A stretch of 64,000 nt of DNA from Acutalibacteraceae bacterium. GTDB taxonomy: Bacteria > Bacillota > Clostridia > Oscillospirales > Acutalibacteraceae. A model generated the notes under the pieces. The model had not been told where the DNA came from. It searched no databases and saw nothing but the letters and a program-made list of their open reading frames with translations. Below, piece by piece: positions 35,453 to 44,661 of the stretch. Numbering within the stretch: the first letter of the stretch is position 1; every line of letters starts with the position of its first letter. The stretch covers positions 16,832-80,831 of the forward strand of contig JAZQGI010000011.1 in NCBI GenBank assembly GCA_045539955.1, in the 5' to 3' direction. The position numbers were made by a program, and so were the translations under genes.

Positions 35453-36681
35453 TTTAGGTAATCCTCCATAATGCTTTTTACGGCATCTTTTGGTGCCTTA
35501 TCGGAAATTATCCGTTTTTCACAACAATTACAGTAAATATTATAGCGTTCATTATATCTCTGTTTTAACATATCTCTATTTTGTGAAAGCGGTCGGTCTG
35601 CTGTCGCCTCCAACAATTCAAGCGGACGGTCAAGAAAATATATTTTGCCGTTAAGCTTTAATAAATCAATGTTTTCTTGACGAAGCACAGCTCCACCGCC
35701 TGTTGCTATAACCTTTCCTTGAAGCGAAGCCACACTTTTTATAACCTCGCTTTCAATATCTCGAAAACCGCTCTCGCCTTTTTCTTTAAATATGGCGGTT
35801 ATATCGCCGTATTGTTTAACAATTTCGTCGTCCGTATCTATAAATTCCAGCCCTAAATTTTGTGCCAAAAGCTTGCCAACAGTAGTTTTACCACTCGCCG
35901 GCATACCAACAAGCACAATGTTTTGCTTGTTTCTTAGAATTTCGTTATAAATACTGTCTATTTTTTCTGTGGGAATTTGTGAACCTGTAAACTTTTCAGC
36001 AGCAAAAACCGCCTGTCCCACAAGCATATAAAGCCCACCGCAAGCTATAATTCCTCGTTTTTTAGCTTGAAGCACAAGGTTTGAAGAAAGCGGGTTATAA
36101 ACCACATCAAATACACCCTCTAAATCGGGATAAACTGAAATATCAATAAGCTTTCCGTCAATATTAGGGAACATTCCCACAGGAGTTGTATTTATAATAA
36201 CCTGAGTATCGGACATTTCCAATGCCCGCTCGTAAGACACTGTCCCGTCAGATTGTTTTCTCGAAACTCGACTGACTTTTTCACAACCAAGTTCTTCTGC
36301 AACTGCGAGCGCAGTTTTAGATGTCGCACCGTCACCTAAAATCAAAACTTTCTTCCCTTTAATACTCACACCTGATTTTTCAATCATACATTTAAGACCT
36401 GAAAAATCAGTGTTATAGCCATAAAGCTTACCTCCGTTATTGACAATAACATTAACTCCACCGATTTTTTGTGCTACCTCACTTACAAAATCAAGATTCG
36501 GCATAACGGTCTGCTTATAAGGAATGGTAACATTTACCGCCTTAAAATTTCTATTTTGCAAAAAGCCGCAGACTTCGTCGGGTTTTAACTCTTTTAAATC
36601 GTATTTAAGACCGAAATATTTTGTATGTATTTCTTTTGAAAAGCTATGTCCTAACTTCTCGCCAATAAGACCAAATTCCAT
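35449..36681 (-). CDS. aroE/aroK: fused shikimate dehydrogenase / shikimate kinase
   Basis: N-terminal AroE (GLIGEKLGHSFSKEIH, NVTIPYK, GDGATS) joined to C-terminal AroK (GMPASGKTTVGKLLA...FIDTDD). 410 aa with no stop between the two parts. Confidence 0.85.
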   Translation of the reverse strand: MEFGLIGEKLGHSFSKEIHTKYFGLKYDLKELKPDEVCGFLQNRNFKAVNVTIPYKQTVMPNLDFVSEVAQKIGGVNVIVNNGGKLYGYNTDFSGLKCMIEKSGVSIKGKKVLILGDGATSKTALAVAEELGCEKVSRVSRKQSDGTVSYERALEMSDTQVIINTTPVGMFPNIDGKLIDISVYPDLEGVFDVVYNPLSSNLVLQAKKRGIIACGGLYMLVGQAVFAAEKFTGSQIPTEKIDSIYNEILRNKQNIVLVGMPASGKTTVGKLLAQNLGLEFIDTDDEIVKQYGDITAIFKEKGESGFRDIESEVIKSVASLQGKVIATGGGAVLRQENIDLLKLNGKIYFLDRPLELLEATADRPLSQNRDMLKQRYNERYNIYCNCCEKRIISDKAPKDAVKSIMEDYLK

Positions 36682-37772
36682 TATTCACTCAACCAATCTG
36701 TACCGTATCGTGTTATAAGCATATCCGCCAAAACAAGCGCTGTCACACTGTCAACCACCACTTTTGCACGGTGAACAATGCACGGGTCGTGCCTGCCTCT
36801 TGCTTCCAAAACAGCATCTTCTTTTGTCTTTATATTAACTGTATTCTGCGGTTTGGAAATTGTAGGGGTGGGACGGAAAGCTGTGCGGAAAATGATGGGC
36901 ATACCGTTAGTTATACCACCGTTTATTCCGCCCGAATTATTAGTATTTGTTACAATTTCACCGTTTTCTGTTTTAAAGCTGTCATTAGCAGAAGACCCAT
37001 TCATTTTAGCGATCTGAAAGCCTGCTCCAAATTCTACACCCTTTACTGCAGGAACCGCAAAAAGAGCGTGTGAAAGCATACTTTCGGCAGTATCAAACCA
37101 AGGTTCTCCAACACCCGCAGGCATTCCGATTACCGCAGTTTCTACAACACCGCCTACACTGTCACCCTCTGCCTTAGCGTTTTTTATAGCTTCAATCATT
37201 TTTTCGCCTATCCGGTCGTCCAAAACGGCGAATTCCTTATCTCTTAATATCTTAATTTCCGATAAAATATCCTGGAAGTCCTTATCAGCAATACCACCGC
37301 ATTCGCATATATGACTGCCAATATAAATCCCCTTTTTCTCAAGAGCGGGAATGATAATACCTGCAAGCGCCACAAGCGGTGCAGTAATTCTTCCGCTAAA
37401 ATGACCTCCGCCCCGATAATCCTGAAAACCCTGATATTTACATTCAGCTGTAAAGTCAGCATGAGAAGGTCTTGCTAAATCCTTTGTGGAAGAATAATCT
37501 TTTGAGCGTGTGTCCCCGTTTTTTATCACAATACAAAGAGGTGTACCTGTAGTTTTACCCTCAAAAACACCGCTTAAAATTTCAAAGCAATCCTCTTCTC
37601 TTCTCGGGGTTGAAATCGCATTTAAGCCTTTTCGAAGTCTTAACATATTATTTATTATCTCAGTATCAACCGTAAGACCGGGGGTAATACCGTCAAGCAC
37701 AGCTCCGATAGCTGGTCCGTGGCTTTCGCCAAAAAGAGTAACTGTTAAGTTATTACCAAAGGTGTTTTTCAT
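36681..37772 (-). CDS. aroC: chorismate synthase
   Basis: FGESHGPAIG, RPSHAD and GRHDPC motifs. 363 aa. Confidence 0.9.
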   Translation of the reverse strand: MKNTFGNNLTVTLFGESHGPAIGAVLDGITPGLTVDTEIINNMLRLRKGLNAISTPRREEDCFEILSGVFEGKTTGTPLCIVIKNGDTRSKDYSSTKDLARPSHADFTAECKYQGFQDYRGGGHFSGRITAPLVALAGIIIPALEKKGIYIGSHICECGGIADKDFQDILSEIKILRDKEFAVLDDRIGEKMIEAIKNAKAEGDSVGGVVETAVIGMPAGVGEPWFDTAESMLSHALFAVPAVKGVEFGAGFQIAKMNGSSANDSFKTENGEIVTNTNNSGGINGGITNGMPIIFRTAFRPTPTISKPQNTVNIKTKEDAVLEARGRHDPCIVHRAKVVVDSVTALVLADMLITRYGTDWLSE

Positions 37773-38824
37773 TTTAAAGCCACACTCCTTATAAGGTCTG
37801 AAAATTCCGCAAAAGACAAATTTTTCATTTCAAAGGTTCCGATTTCGCCAACAGTCACAACGGTAATTTTATCTCCAAAAGCCTTTTTATCGTGCTTGCA
37901 AGCTTCGATAAGCTCTTGTGCGCTTTCTTCTAAAGCTGTCGGTAAATTGAGCTTTTTAAGCACTGGCAAAAGCTTTTCTTTTACATTTTTGCTACACATC
38001 GGTATCATACCGATTGCTACACATTCACCGTGATAATATTTTTCCATATCGTTTATACTTTCAACCGCGTGAGCTAAAGTATGCCCGAAGTTTAAAACCT
38101 TTCTAAGTCCGCTTTCACGCTCGTCTTCTTCTACAATATATTTCTTTATAAGCAAAGAGCGGTAGATTATATCATCTAAGACTGCGTTGTCATTCAAATC
38201 TCCGTTTTCGAAAATGGAAAACAGTTCTCTGTCACAGGTAAGCGACATTTTAAGCGCCTCACAAAGACCGTTAGAAATCTGCCTTTGCGGTAGAGTTTTT
38301 AAGGTTTCAGGGTCAATAATAACCTTTTTAGGCGGATAAAACGCACCTACAATATTTTTATAGCCCATAAAATCAACCGCCGTTTTACCGCCAATAGAAG
38401 AATCCACCTGAGAAAGCACGGTTGTCGGAATATTATAAAAATTAATGCCGCGCATAAATGTCGCCGCCGCAAATCCCGAAAGATCTCCAACAACTCCGCC
38501 GCCAACGGCTACAACGCAGTCGGTACGGGTGAAATTATTCTCTAACATAGTTTTTAGTAAGAGTGACCAAGTATCAATTTGCTTTGAATGTTCTCCCTGA
38601 GGTATTGTTAAAATAACAGGCTCTTTGCAAGCGTTTGCTACTGCCTGCGCATAAGAGCTTGGAACACCGTCATCAGTAACAATAAGCACTTTGCGTTCAA
38701 GATTTAAAAGCTTTCCTGCATTTTTTATTGCACCGCGCTCTAATACGATTTTATATTCACCGATTGATGTTTTTACGTTTATTTCCAAACCAATTCTCCT
38801 ATTTAATAAGAATTTCTTTTTCAA
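37769..38824 (-). CDS. aroB: 3-dehydroquinate synthase
   Basis: GGGVVGDLSGFAAATFMRG, NFGHTLAHA and HGECVAIG motifs. 351 aa. Confidence 0.9.
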   Translation of the reverse strand: MKKKFLLNRRIGLEINVKTSIGEYKIVLERGAIKNAGKLLNLERKVLIVTDDGVPSSYAQAVANACKEPVILTIPQGEHSKQIDTWSLLLKTMLENNFTRTDCVVAVGGGVVGDLSGFAAATFMRGINFYNIPTTVLSQVDSSIGGKTAVDFMGYKNIVGAFYPPKKVIIDPETLKTLPQRQISNGLCEALKMSLTCDRELFSIFENGDLNDNAVLDDIIYRSLLIKKYIVEEDERESGLRKVLNFGHTLAHAVESINDMEKYYHGECVAIGMIPMCSKNVKEKLLPVLKKLNLPTALEESAQELIEACKHDKKAFGDKITVVTVGEIGTFEMKNLSFAEFSDLIRSVALK

Positions 38825-39890
38825 AATATCCTAATATCTTAAGGTTATTACAGCATTTGCGCAGGTCTTTAAGCATTAATTTTGCTTCCTTGCTATTGAT
38901 ATCACCCTCACCCTCGGCAAAGAAGTAATAATCCCACACAAGTTCCTTTGTCGGACGGCTTTTAAGAGCCTTAAGATTAAATCCGTGCTGACCTATTACT
39001 GTAATTGCTTCACCTAATGAACCAGCCGCGTTTTTAACTGTAAACAGCATCACAAAATGCTTATCATTAGGGCTTGCCGGCTTTTGAGCGCGGGTGAAAA
39101 CCGCAAAGCGAGTAGTATTTGTGCCGCTTTCGTTAATATGTCCTTCTATCTTCTCAAGACCGAATTTTTTAGCCGCTTCCACACTTCCGATTGCCGCAAT
39201 ATCGGTTCTGCCGCTTTCGGCAACCATTTTTGCCGCAACCGCTGTATTTACAACATCGGTTGTTTTATAACCATTTTCACTGATAAACTCAGCGCATTGA
39301 CCAAGTGCTTGCGGATGGCTTATTACCTCCTTAATACTTGTGAGTGTAGCGCCTTTATTACCCAAAAGATTTTGAATTACTTCAATTTCATATACACCGC
39401 TTATAAATAACTGGCCGAAAAATGCCAAATCAAGCACTTGTCCGACATCACCGTTATGGCTATTTTCAATAGGTAATACCGCACAATCACATTCGCCTGT
39501 TAATACTGAGTTATATGCCGCCTTAAAATCTTTATATCCCACGGCCTTTGCATCAGGAAAAATCTTCTCGCTCGCAATATTTGCAAATGCACCCTCAACA
39601 CCGCTGTATGCAACACGCATCCCGTCAAGTAATTTATGCTGTAATTTTTTAGAAAGGTCAATATTGCCCTGTAAAAAATTTATGTAATAAGAACGGTATT
39701 CTTCATTTTCTATATAATTTGTATTACGGGCTATAATCTCTGCTTCACGGACAAAATCATCAATAGGCAAACCGTTTTGTTTTTTGAAATCAGCAACTAT
39801 CTTTGCTGCATCCATTCTCTTTTCAAAAAGACGCGCCATTTCCTTATCAGTTTCATTGATAATTTGTCTTGCTTTTTCAAGTTCTGTCAA
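38799..39890 (-). CDS. pheA: bifunctional chorismate mutase / prephenate dehydratase (P-protein)
   Basis: N-terminal CM helix (LEKARQIINETDKEMARLFEKR), PDT domain (ENSHNGDV, TRF) and an ACT-like C-terminus. Start set at TTG 39890 (AGGAG 7 nt upstream). The longer track ORF reads through the leader. Confidence 0.8.
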   Translation of the reverse strand: MTELEKARQIINETDKEMARLFEKRMDAAKIVADFKKQNGLPIDDFVREAEIIARNTNYIENEEYRSYYINFLQGNIDLSKKLQHKLLDGMRVAYSGVEGAFANIASEKIFPDAKAVGYKDFKAAYNSVLTGECDCAVLPIENSHNGDVGQVLDLAFFGQLFISGVYEIEVIQNLLGNKGATLTSIKEVISHPQALGQCAEFISENGYKTTDVVNTAVAAKMVAESGRTDIAAIGSVEAAKKFGLEKIEGHINESGTNTTRFAVFTRAQKPASPNDKHFVMLFTVKNAAGSLGEAITVIGQHGFNLKALKSRPTKELVWDYYFFAEGEGDINSKEAKLMLKDLRKCCNNLKILGYFEKEILIK

Positions 39891-39920
39891 AACCTTCACT
39901 CCTAAAATATAAGTCAAATA

Positions 39921-39966
39921 AAAAAACCGCACCCTACTATGCCAATTTCGGCACAAGCAGTTGCGG
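39921..39966 (-). terminator. leader (attenuator) terminator upstream of pheA
   Basis: Minus sense: CCGCA-a-CTGCT-tg-TGCC gaaatt GGCA-t-AGTAG-gg-TGCGG followed by T7. Lies about 30 nt before the pheA SD. Confidence 0.65.
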
Positions 39967-39993
39967 ACTGTCCGTTTTACCTTATGCCGAAAA

Positions 39994-40062
39994 CTATCGG
40001 CAAACTGTGGTGAACGGGCAGTCCTCTTTAAAGTAATAAAAGTAAAAATTCTTCTTGAACAT
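39994..40062 (-). CDS. 22-codon Phe/Tyr-rich leader peptide MFKKNFYFYYFKEDCPFTTVCR
   Basis: Not in the ORF track. ATG 40062 with GAGGTG SD 7 nt upstream, TAG at 39996-39994. 8 of 22 residues are aromatic, including the run FYFYYF. Confidence 0.6.
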   Translation of the reverse strand: MFKKNFYFYYFKEDCPFTTVCR

Positions 40063-40096
40063 TCCGTTTCACCTCTCAAAACTCATTATATTAGAT

Positions 40097-40125
40097 ATTT
40101 TATCGCAACTTTTAATGCTTGTCAA
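40097..40125 (-). promoter_or_regulatory. sigmaA promoter of the aromatic super-operon (TTGACA-17-TAAAAT)
   Basis: Minus sense: -35 at 40125-40120, -10 at 40102-40097. Confidence 0.6.
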
Positions 40126-40183
40126 GTATTTTTTGCTTTAAAGCGCTAAAATATTTTATCCCCTTCTTTTGAAGGGGATAAAT

Positions 40184-42268
40184 TTAGATTTTAAATAATA
40201 AATCGCCGTATGTAGGATATGGCCAATAATTGCTTGGAACCACACTTTCTGCGCTATCAGCATATTTGCGGATATCCGCCATAAGCGTCAGAATATTGTT
40301 GCGGTATTCACATGCTTTTTCAAAAGCGTCCACAGAACGCTCTGCAGAGGCTACCGCATTTTTCAGTTGTGCTGTAAGTGAGAAAATTTCCTTATTTGCA
40401 GCTGTGAGCCTTGTTATAAGCTCATATTCCACACTGCTGTCAGCACGCAAAAGATTCTTATTATTAACCGCTTCGCAAAGCGTATTTGTGTAAGCGGTAA
40501 TAGCAGGAATAACATCCCTGTTCATCATTGTAATAAGCGTCAATGCCTCAATATGTATAATTTTAGCATAGTTTTCAAGAATAATATCCACACGTGATTC
40601 AATTTCGGCGCGGTTAAATACACCGTGACGCTCAAAAAGTGCAATATTTTCTTCTGTTTTGAGCAGCGGTAAAGCATCAACTGTACTCGGAAGGTTTAAA
40701 AGACCACGCTTTTGTGCTTCTTCTTCCCATTCCTTAGAATAACCGTCACCGTTGAAAATAATTCTCTTGTGATTTTTAATGCAATCTTTAACAATACTGT
40801 CAACTTCTGCTTCGGCATTTTCTGCCTTTTCAAGCCTTTCAGCATAACTGGCGAAAACATCTGCAACCATAGTGTTAAGCATAACATTCGTATCAGAGAT
40901 TGAAGAAGCCGAGCCTAACATACGGAACTCGAATTTATTGCCTGTAAAAGCAAAAGGAGAAGTGCGGTTTCTATCGGCATTATCCTTTTTAAATTCAGGT
41001 ATAACATCAGCGCCCATTTTCATTTTTTCGCGCTTTACATCATCATGATGAATGCCTTTAACTATAGCTTCAAGCATATCGGTTAAATCTTCGCCCAAAA
41101 AAATCGAAATAATTGCAGGCGGCGCTTCGTTACCGCCAAGTCTATGGTCATTACCTGCCGTTGCAACTGCAATTCTTAATAAATCCTGATGCTTATCAAC
41201 TGCTTCAATAACAGCAGCAAGTGTTATTAAAAACAACTTGTTTTCAGACGGATTTTTGCCAGCCTTTAAAAAGTTTACGCCCGTATCGGTTGAAATTGAC
41301 CAGTTGTTATGCTTACCGCTTCCGTTAACACCATCATAGGGCTTTTCGTGTAAAAGACATACTAAGCCCTTTGAAAGCGCGGTTTTCTTCATAAACTCCA
41401 TTGTAAGTTGGTTATGGTCAGCAGCGATATTTGTAGTTGTAAATATCGGTGCTAACTCGTGTTGAGCGGGAGCCGCCTCGTTATGCTCAGTTTTAGCAAG
41501 CACGCCCAACTTCCAAAGCTCATTATCCAATTCGCGCATGAACTCAGCTACGCGCGGTTTCAACACACCGAAATAATGGTCATCCATTTCCTGTCCCTTA
41601 GGCGGCATAGCGCCTATAAGGGTTCTTCCGCAGAAAATAAGGTCAGGACGCTTGTCGTAAAGCTCCTTGTCAACAAGAAAATATTCCTGTTCAGGACCGA
41701 CTGTTGTACTTGTGCGCTTAACATCATTAAAGCCAAGTGCTTTTACCACACGTAAAGCCTGTTTATTTATAGCCTCCATACTGCGAAGCAAGGGGGTTTT
41801 CTGGTCAAGAGCCTCCCCACTGAATGAGCAAAAAGCAGTAGGGATACAAAGTGTTTTGTCCTTTATAAAAGCATAAGAGCTTGGATCCCAAGCGGTATAT
41901 CCGCGCGCTTCGAAAGTAGCGCGAAGTCCGCCTGAGGGGAAGGACGAAGCATCAGGCTCACCTTTAATAAGCTCTTTGCCTGAAAACTCCATTAAGATAT
42001 GACCGTCGTCTGTTGGGGTTATAAAGCTGTCATGCTTTTCGGCAGTAATGCCTGTTAAGGGTTGGAACCAATGGGTATAATGAGTGGCGCCCTTTTCTAT
42101 AGCCCACTCTTTCATAGCCTCAGCCACAGTATCAGCGATACTGCTGTCAAGACTTTTTCCCTCTTTGATTGTACTTTTTAAGATTTCATAGGTTTCCTTC
42201 GGCAAACGCTCTTTCATAACCGAGTCGCCAAAAACATTTATGCCGAAAAATTCATTAACCTTAGCCAC
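40184..42268 (-). CDS. glnN: type III glutamine synthetase
   Basis: About 694 aa, the GSIII size class. N-terminal FG.NVF...M...LPK..Y pattern and a conserved catalytic core ([10 protein letters not shown]). Start placed at the second GTG (42268). Confidence 0.85.
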   Translation of the reverse strand: MAKVNEFFGINVFGDSVMKERLPKETYEILKSTIKEGKSLDSSIADTVAEAMKEWAIEKGATHYTHWFQPLTGITAEKHDSFITPTDDGHILMEFSGKELIKGEPDASSFPSGGLRATFEARGYTAWDPSSYAFIKDKTLCIPTAFCSFSGEALDQKTPLLRSMEAINKQALRVVKALGFNDVKRTSTTVGPEQEYFLVDKELYDKRPDLIFCGRTLIGAMPPKGQEMDDHYFGVLKPRVAEFMRELDNELWKLGVLAKTEHNEAAPAQHELAPIFTTTNIAADHNQLTMEFMKKTALSKGLVCLLHEKPYDGVNGSGKHNNWSISTDTGVNFLKAGKNPSENKLFLITLAAVIEAVDKHQDLLRIAVATAGNDHRLGGNEAPPAIISIFLGEDLTDMLEAIVKGIHHDDVKREKMKMGADVIPEFKKDNADRNRTSPFAFTGNKFEFRMLGSASSISDTNVMLNTMVADVFASYAERLEKAENAEAEVDSIVKDCIKNHKRIIFNGDGYSKEWEEEAQKRGLLNLPSTVDALPLLKTEENIALFERHGVFNRAEIESRVDIILENYAKIIHIEALTLITMMNRDVIPAITAYTNTLCEAVNNKNLLRADSSVEYELITRLTAANKEIFSLTAQLKNAVASAERSVDAFEKACEYRNNILTLMADIRKYADSAESVVPSNYWPYPTYGDLLFKI

Positions 42269-42338
42269 AAGCACTAACCCTCAACTTTCAATAAATTTAA
42301 CATAGTATGTACTAAAAAACAAAATTTGGAGTGTTTTT

Positions 42339-42656
42339 ATGAATGATAACTTCCCAATACCCATAACAACCGAAAACGATTTAAGTTTTTACGAAGATTA
42401 CCTTCTTGCAGAATTCGATGTTTCACCAAAACCGACACCAAATTTGACCGATTATCTGGGCGCCTACATAGGAAAACCAATAAAGATAGATTGTACTGTA
42501 GGCAACCGTCTCGAAAGTAAAATTGGCACACTCACAAATGTGGGTGAAGATTTTATTGCAATAAATCTTCAAAACGGGAAAAATATGGTTATAGCACTAA
42601 ATACCGTAAAATTCCTTACAATATTACAAAATAACATAAAAAATCCCCATTTTTAA
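42339..42656 (+). CDS. hypothetical 105-aa protein, GerQ-like spore-coat resemblance (weak)
   Basis: C-terminal half (IGKPIKIDCTVGN...GTLTNVGEDFIAINLQNGKNMVIALNTVKFLTI) resembles the GerQ/YwdL-type fold pattern from memory only. Confidence 0.35.
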   Translation: MNDNFPIPITTENDLSFYEDYLLAEFDVSPKPTPNLTDYLGAYIGKPIKIDCTVGNRLESKIGTLTNVGEDFIAINLQNGKNMVIALNTVKFLTILQNNIKNPHF

Positions 42657-42685
42657 TATTTTAACATTTATAAAAAGTATTGTCA

Positions 42686-42714
42686 ACAAAAAACCGCCTA
42701 AAAAGGCGGTTTTT
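42686..42714. terminator. bidirectional terminator
   Basis: AACCGCC-taaaaa-GGCGGTT flanked by A5 and T3 runs. Confidence 0.75.
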
Positions 42715-42717
42715 GAT

Positions 42718-43497
42718 TTAAAGCATTTTTATTATTTCCCCTGCGTCCTTTAAAACAACATCGGGCTTTATATCCGAATTTCGCAAAATTTCATCAGTAG
42801 TTTCTCCGCTCATAACAAGCACACTTACCGCTCCCGCATTTATACCGCTTTTGACATCAGTGTAAATTCGGTCCCCGATTACTGCAGTTTCTTTCGGTTC
42901 ATAGCCCTCTTTTTCCATTGCAAGCCTTGGCATCAAAGCCTTAGGCTTTCCAATAAATACAGGTCTTTTTCCCGTGGAATTATAAATCATATCGCAAACG
43001 CTTCCACAGTCGGGTACGCTTCCCCACTCTGTCGGGCAAACATAGTCGGGGTTAGTTGCAATATAAGGGATATCACGGGTTGTGAGCATAAAGGACACAT
43101 CCCAAAGCTTCTTATAATTAAGCTCGGTATCATAGCCCATAACAATACAATCGGCATCGTTGGTATTTTCGGTAATAACAAAGCCCTCGCTTGCAAGTTC
43201 GTCCTTTAGCGACTGCGTTCCGCACACATAAAGACGCGCGTCTTTATAATGCTTTTTAAGGTAATAGGCTGTGGCTTGCGAAGAGGTTATAAAATCCTCT
43301 TTTGATGACTCAATACCGAGTTTTGCAAGCTTTTCAATATAAGCCGAAACACTTTTAGAAGAGTTATTTGTCATAAACATATAATGTTTACCCTTTGCCT
43401 TTATTTCAGCCAAGAGTTCCTTTGTGAAATTGAAAAGGCGGTCACCTAAATACAGTGTTCCGTCCATATCGAATAAAAAAAGTTTTACATTTTTCAT
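42718..43497 (-). CDS. HAD-IIA family phosphatase (NagD-like)
   Basis: FLFDMDGTLY motif I, MTNNSS motif II and GD....D near the C-terminus. 259 aa. Confidence 0.8.
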   Translation of the reverse strand: MKNVKLFLFDMDGTLYLGDRLFNFTKELLAEIKAKGKHYMFMTNNSSKSVSAYIEKLAKLGIESSKEDFITSSQATAYYLKKHYKDARLYVCGTQSLKDELASEGFVITENTNDADCIVMGYDTELNYKKLWDVSFMLTTRDIPYIATNPDYVCPTEWGSVPDCGSVCDMIYNSTGKRPVFIGKPKALMPRLAMEKEGYEPKETAVIGDRIYTDVKSGINAGAVSVLVMSGETTDEILRNSDIKPDVVLKDAGEIIKML

Positions 43498-43513
43498 ATA
43501 ATTATATCCAAAC

Positions 43514-44626
43514 TTAAATTTCCCAAGGGAATTTATATTGTGTAAGTCCTAACTCATCACGAATTTGTATAATTTCTTTCTGTACTGATTCATTTATCGG
43601 CACACCGCTTTCACGCGCTATACCAATTTCATATTCCTTTTCGCCCGCAGTGTAAATGCGCTCAGCACCGGGAGCCTTTTTACTGTCACGCATACTGCGG
43701 CAAATATCGCCTGCTTTTTTGCGGGCAATTTCTTCGCCCATAAAATGCTCTGTATCAATAGCGATAAACCAGTGGCCCAACTGATAAGGACGGATATTGC
43801 CATTTTCGTCTTTACCGTCAAGGTCCTTACCGTAAGCGCCGTCCTGCAAAATTGAAGAAAAAAATTCAACTGCCAAAGCAAAGCCGTAGCCCTTGTATCC
43901 GCCTAAGGCTTCACCAATACCGCCTAAAGTTGTGAGAGCCGCTGTGCCGCCGCGGATTTTCTTTAAAGCAACCCCTGCGTCGCCCTCAACAGCATTACCG
44001 TCGGTATCAATAATAGTGCCTGGGTGTACATCCTCACCAATTCTTTCGTAATACTCAACCTTACCGTTCTGGGTAATAGAGGTTGCACAGTCAAAGTTAA
44101 AATCAAAAGCTTCATCAGTAGGAACGCCTATTGTAAACGGGTTTGTGCCGAACATACCCTCAACACCGTGAGTAGGCGCAACAGACGGGCGGGCGTTTGT
44201 ACCTGTCATACCAATACAACCCGCCTTTGTAGCCATTGTTGTGTAATAACCCGCGATACCGTAGTGACAAGAATTGCGAACAACAACCATACCCATACCG
44301 TATTTTTTCGCCTTTTCGATAGCCATACTCATAGCCCTGTGTCCGATCACCTGTCCCATACCGTGATGACCGTCAATAACAGCGGTAGTTTCGGTTTCTT
44401 TTATAATTTCAAGCTCGGTCACAGCGTTCTGAATACCCGCTTTAATGCGGTCAAGATATACAGGCTTAAAGCGGTTTACACCGTGAGATTCAATACCGCG
44501 CTTGTCTGATTCCAAAAGTACATCAGCACAGATTTCGGCATCCTTTCTCGGTATTCCATAGCCAACGAAAGCGTCAACCACGAAGCTTGTTATCGTTTTC
44601 CAGTCAACAATATTTGTTTTATTCAT
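43514..44626 (-). CDS. Ldh_2-family (malate/L-lactate dehydrogenase type 2) oxidoreductase
   Basis: ESDKRGIESHGVNRF and HHGMGQV motifs. Start at ATG 44626 with GGGG SD. Confidence 0.75.
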   Translation of the reverse strand: MNKTNIVDWKTITSFVVDAFVGYGIPRKDAEICADVLLESDKRGIESHGVNRFKPVYLDRIKAGIQNAVTELEIIKETETTAVIDGHHGMGQVIGHRAMSMAIEKAKKYGMGMVVVRNSCHYGIAGYYTTMATKAGCIGMTGTNARPSVAPTHGVEGMFGTNPFTIGVPTDEAFDFNFDCATSITQNGKVEYYERIGEDVHPGTIIDTDGNAVEGDAGVALKKIRGGTAALTTLGGIGEALGGYKGYGFALAVEFFSSILQDGAYGKDLDGKDENGNIRPYQLGHWFIAIDTEHFMGEEIARKKAGDICRSMRDSKKAPGAERIYTAGEKEYEIGIARESGVPINESVQKEIIQIRDELGLTQYKFPWEI

Positions 44627-44661
44627 ATCATTTTCCCCTTTATATATTGCCAACAAAAAAT

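Noticed and set aside
38799-40079. The 426-aa version of pheA starting at 40079.
   Set aside because: The extra 63 codons run through the leader terminator and the leader peptide region in another frame. The chorismate mutase homology begins at the TTG/AGGAG start at 39890.
39891-40125. A T-box riboswitch as the explanation for the aro-operon leader.
   Set aside because: The leader is too short for stem I, II and III. No GGUGGUACCGCG-type T-box sequence precedes the terminator. AGGGTGCGG sits on the 3' side of the terminator rather than the 5' side of an antiterminator. This still needs a covariance-model scan to exclude it formally.
42301-42310. A shared 10-mer CATAGTATGT upstream of both the GerQ-like ORF (42301) and the Cys-rich peptide (60502), considered as a sporulation-sigma -10 element.
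   Set aside because: Thousands of repeated 10-mers are expected by chance in 64 kb. The match to the sigmaK/sigmaE -10 consensus is partial. At 60502 it is equally well read as a sigmaA -10.
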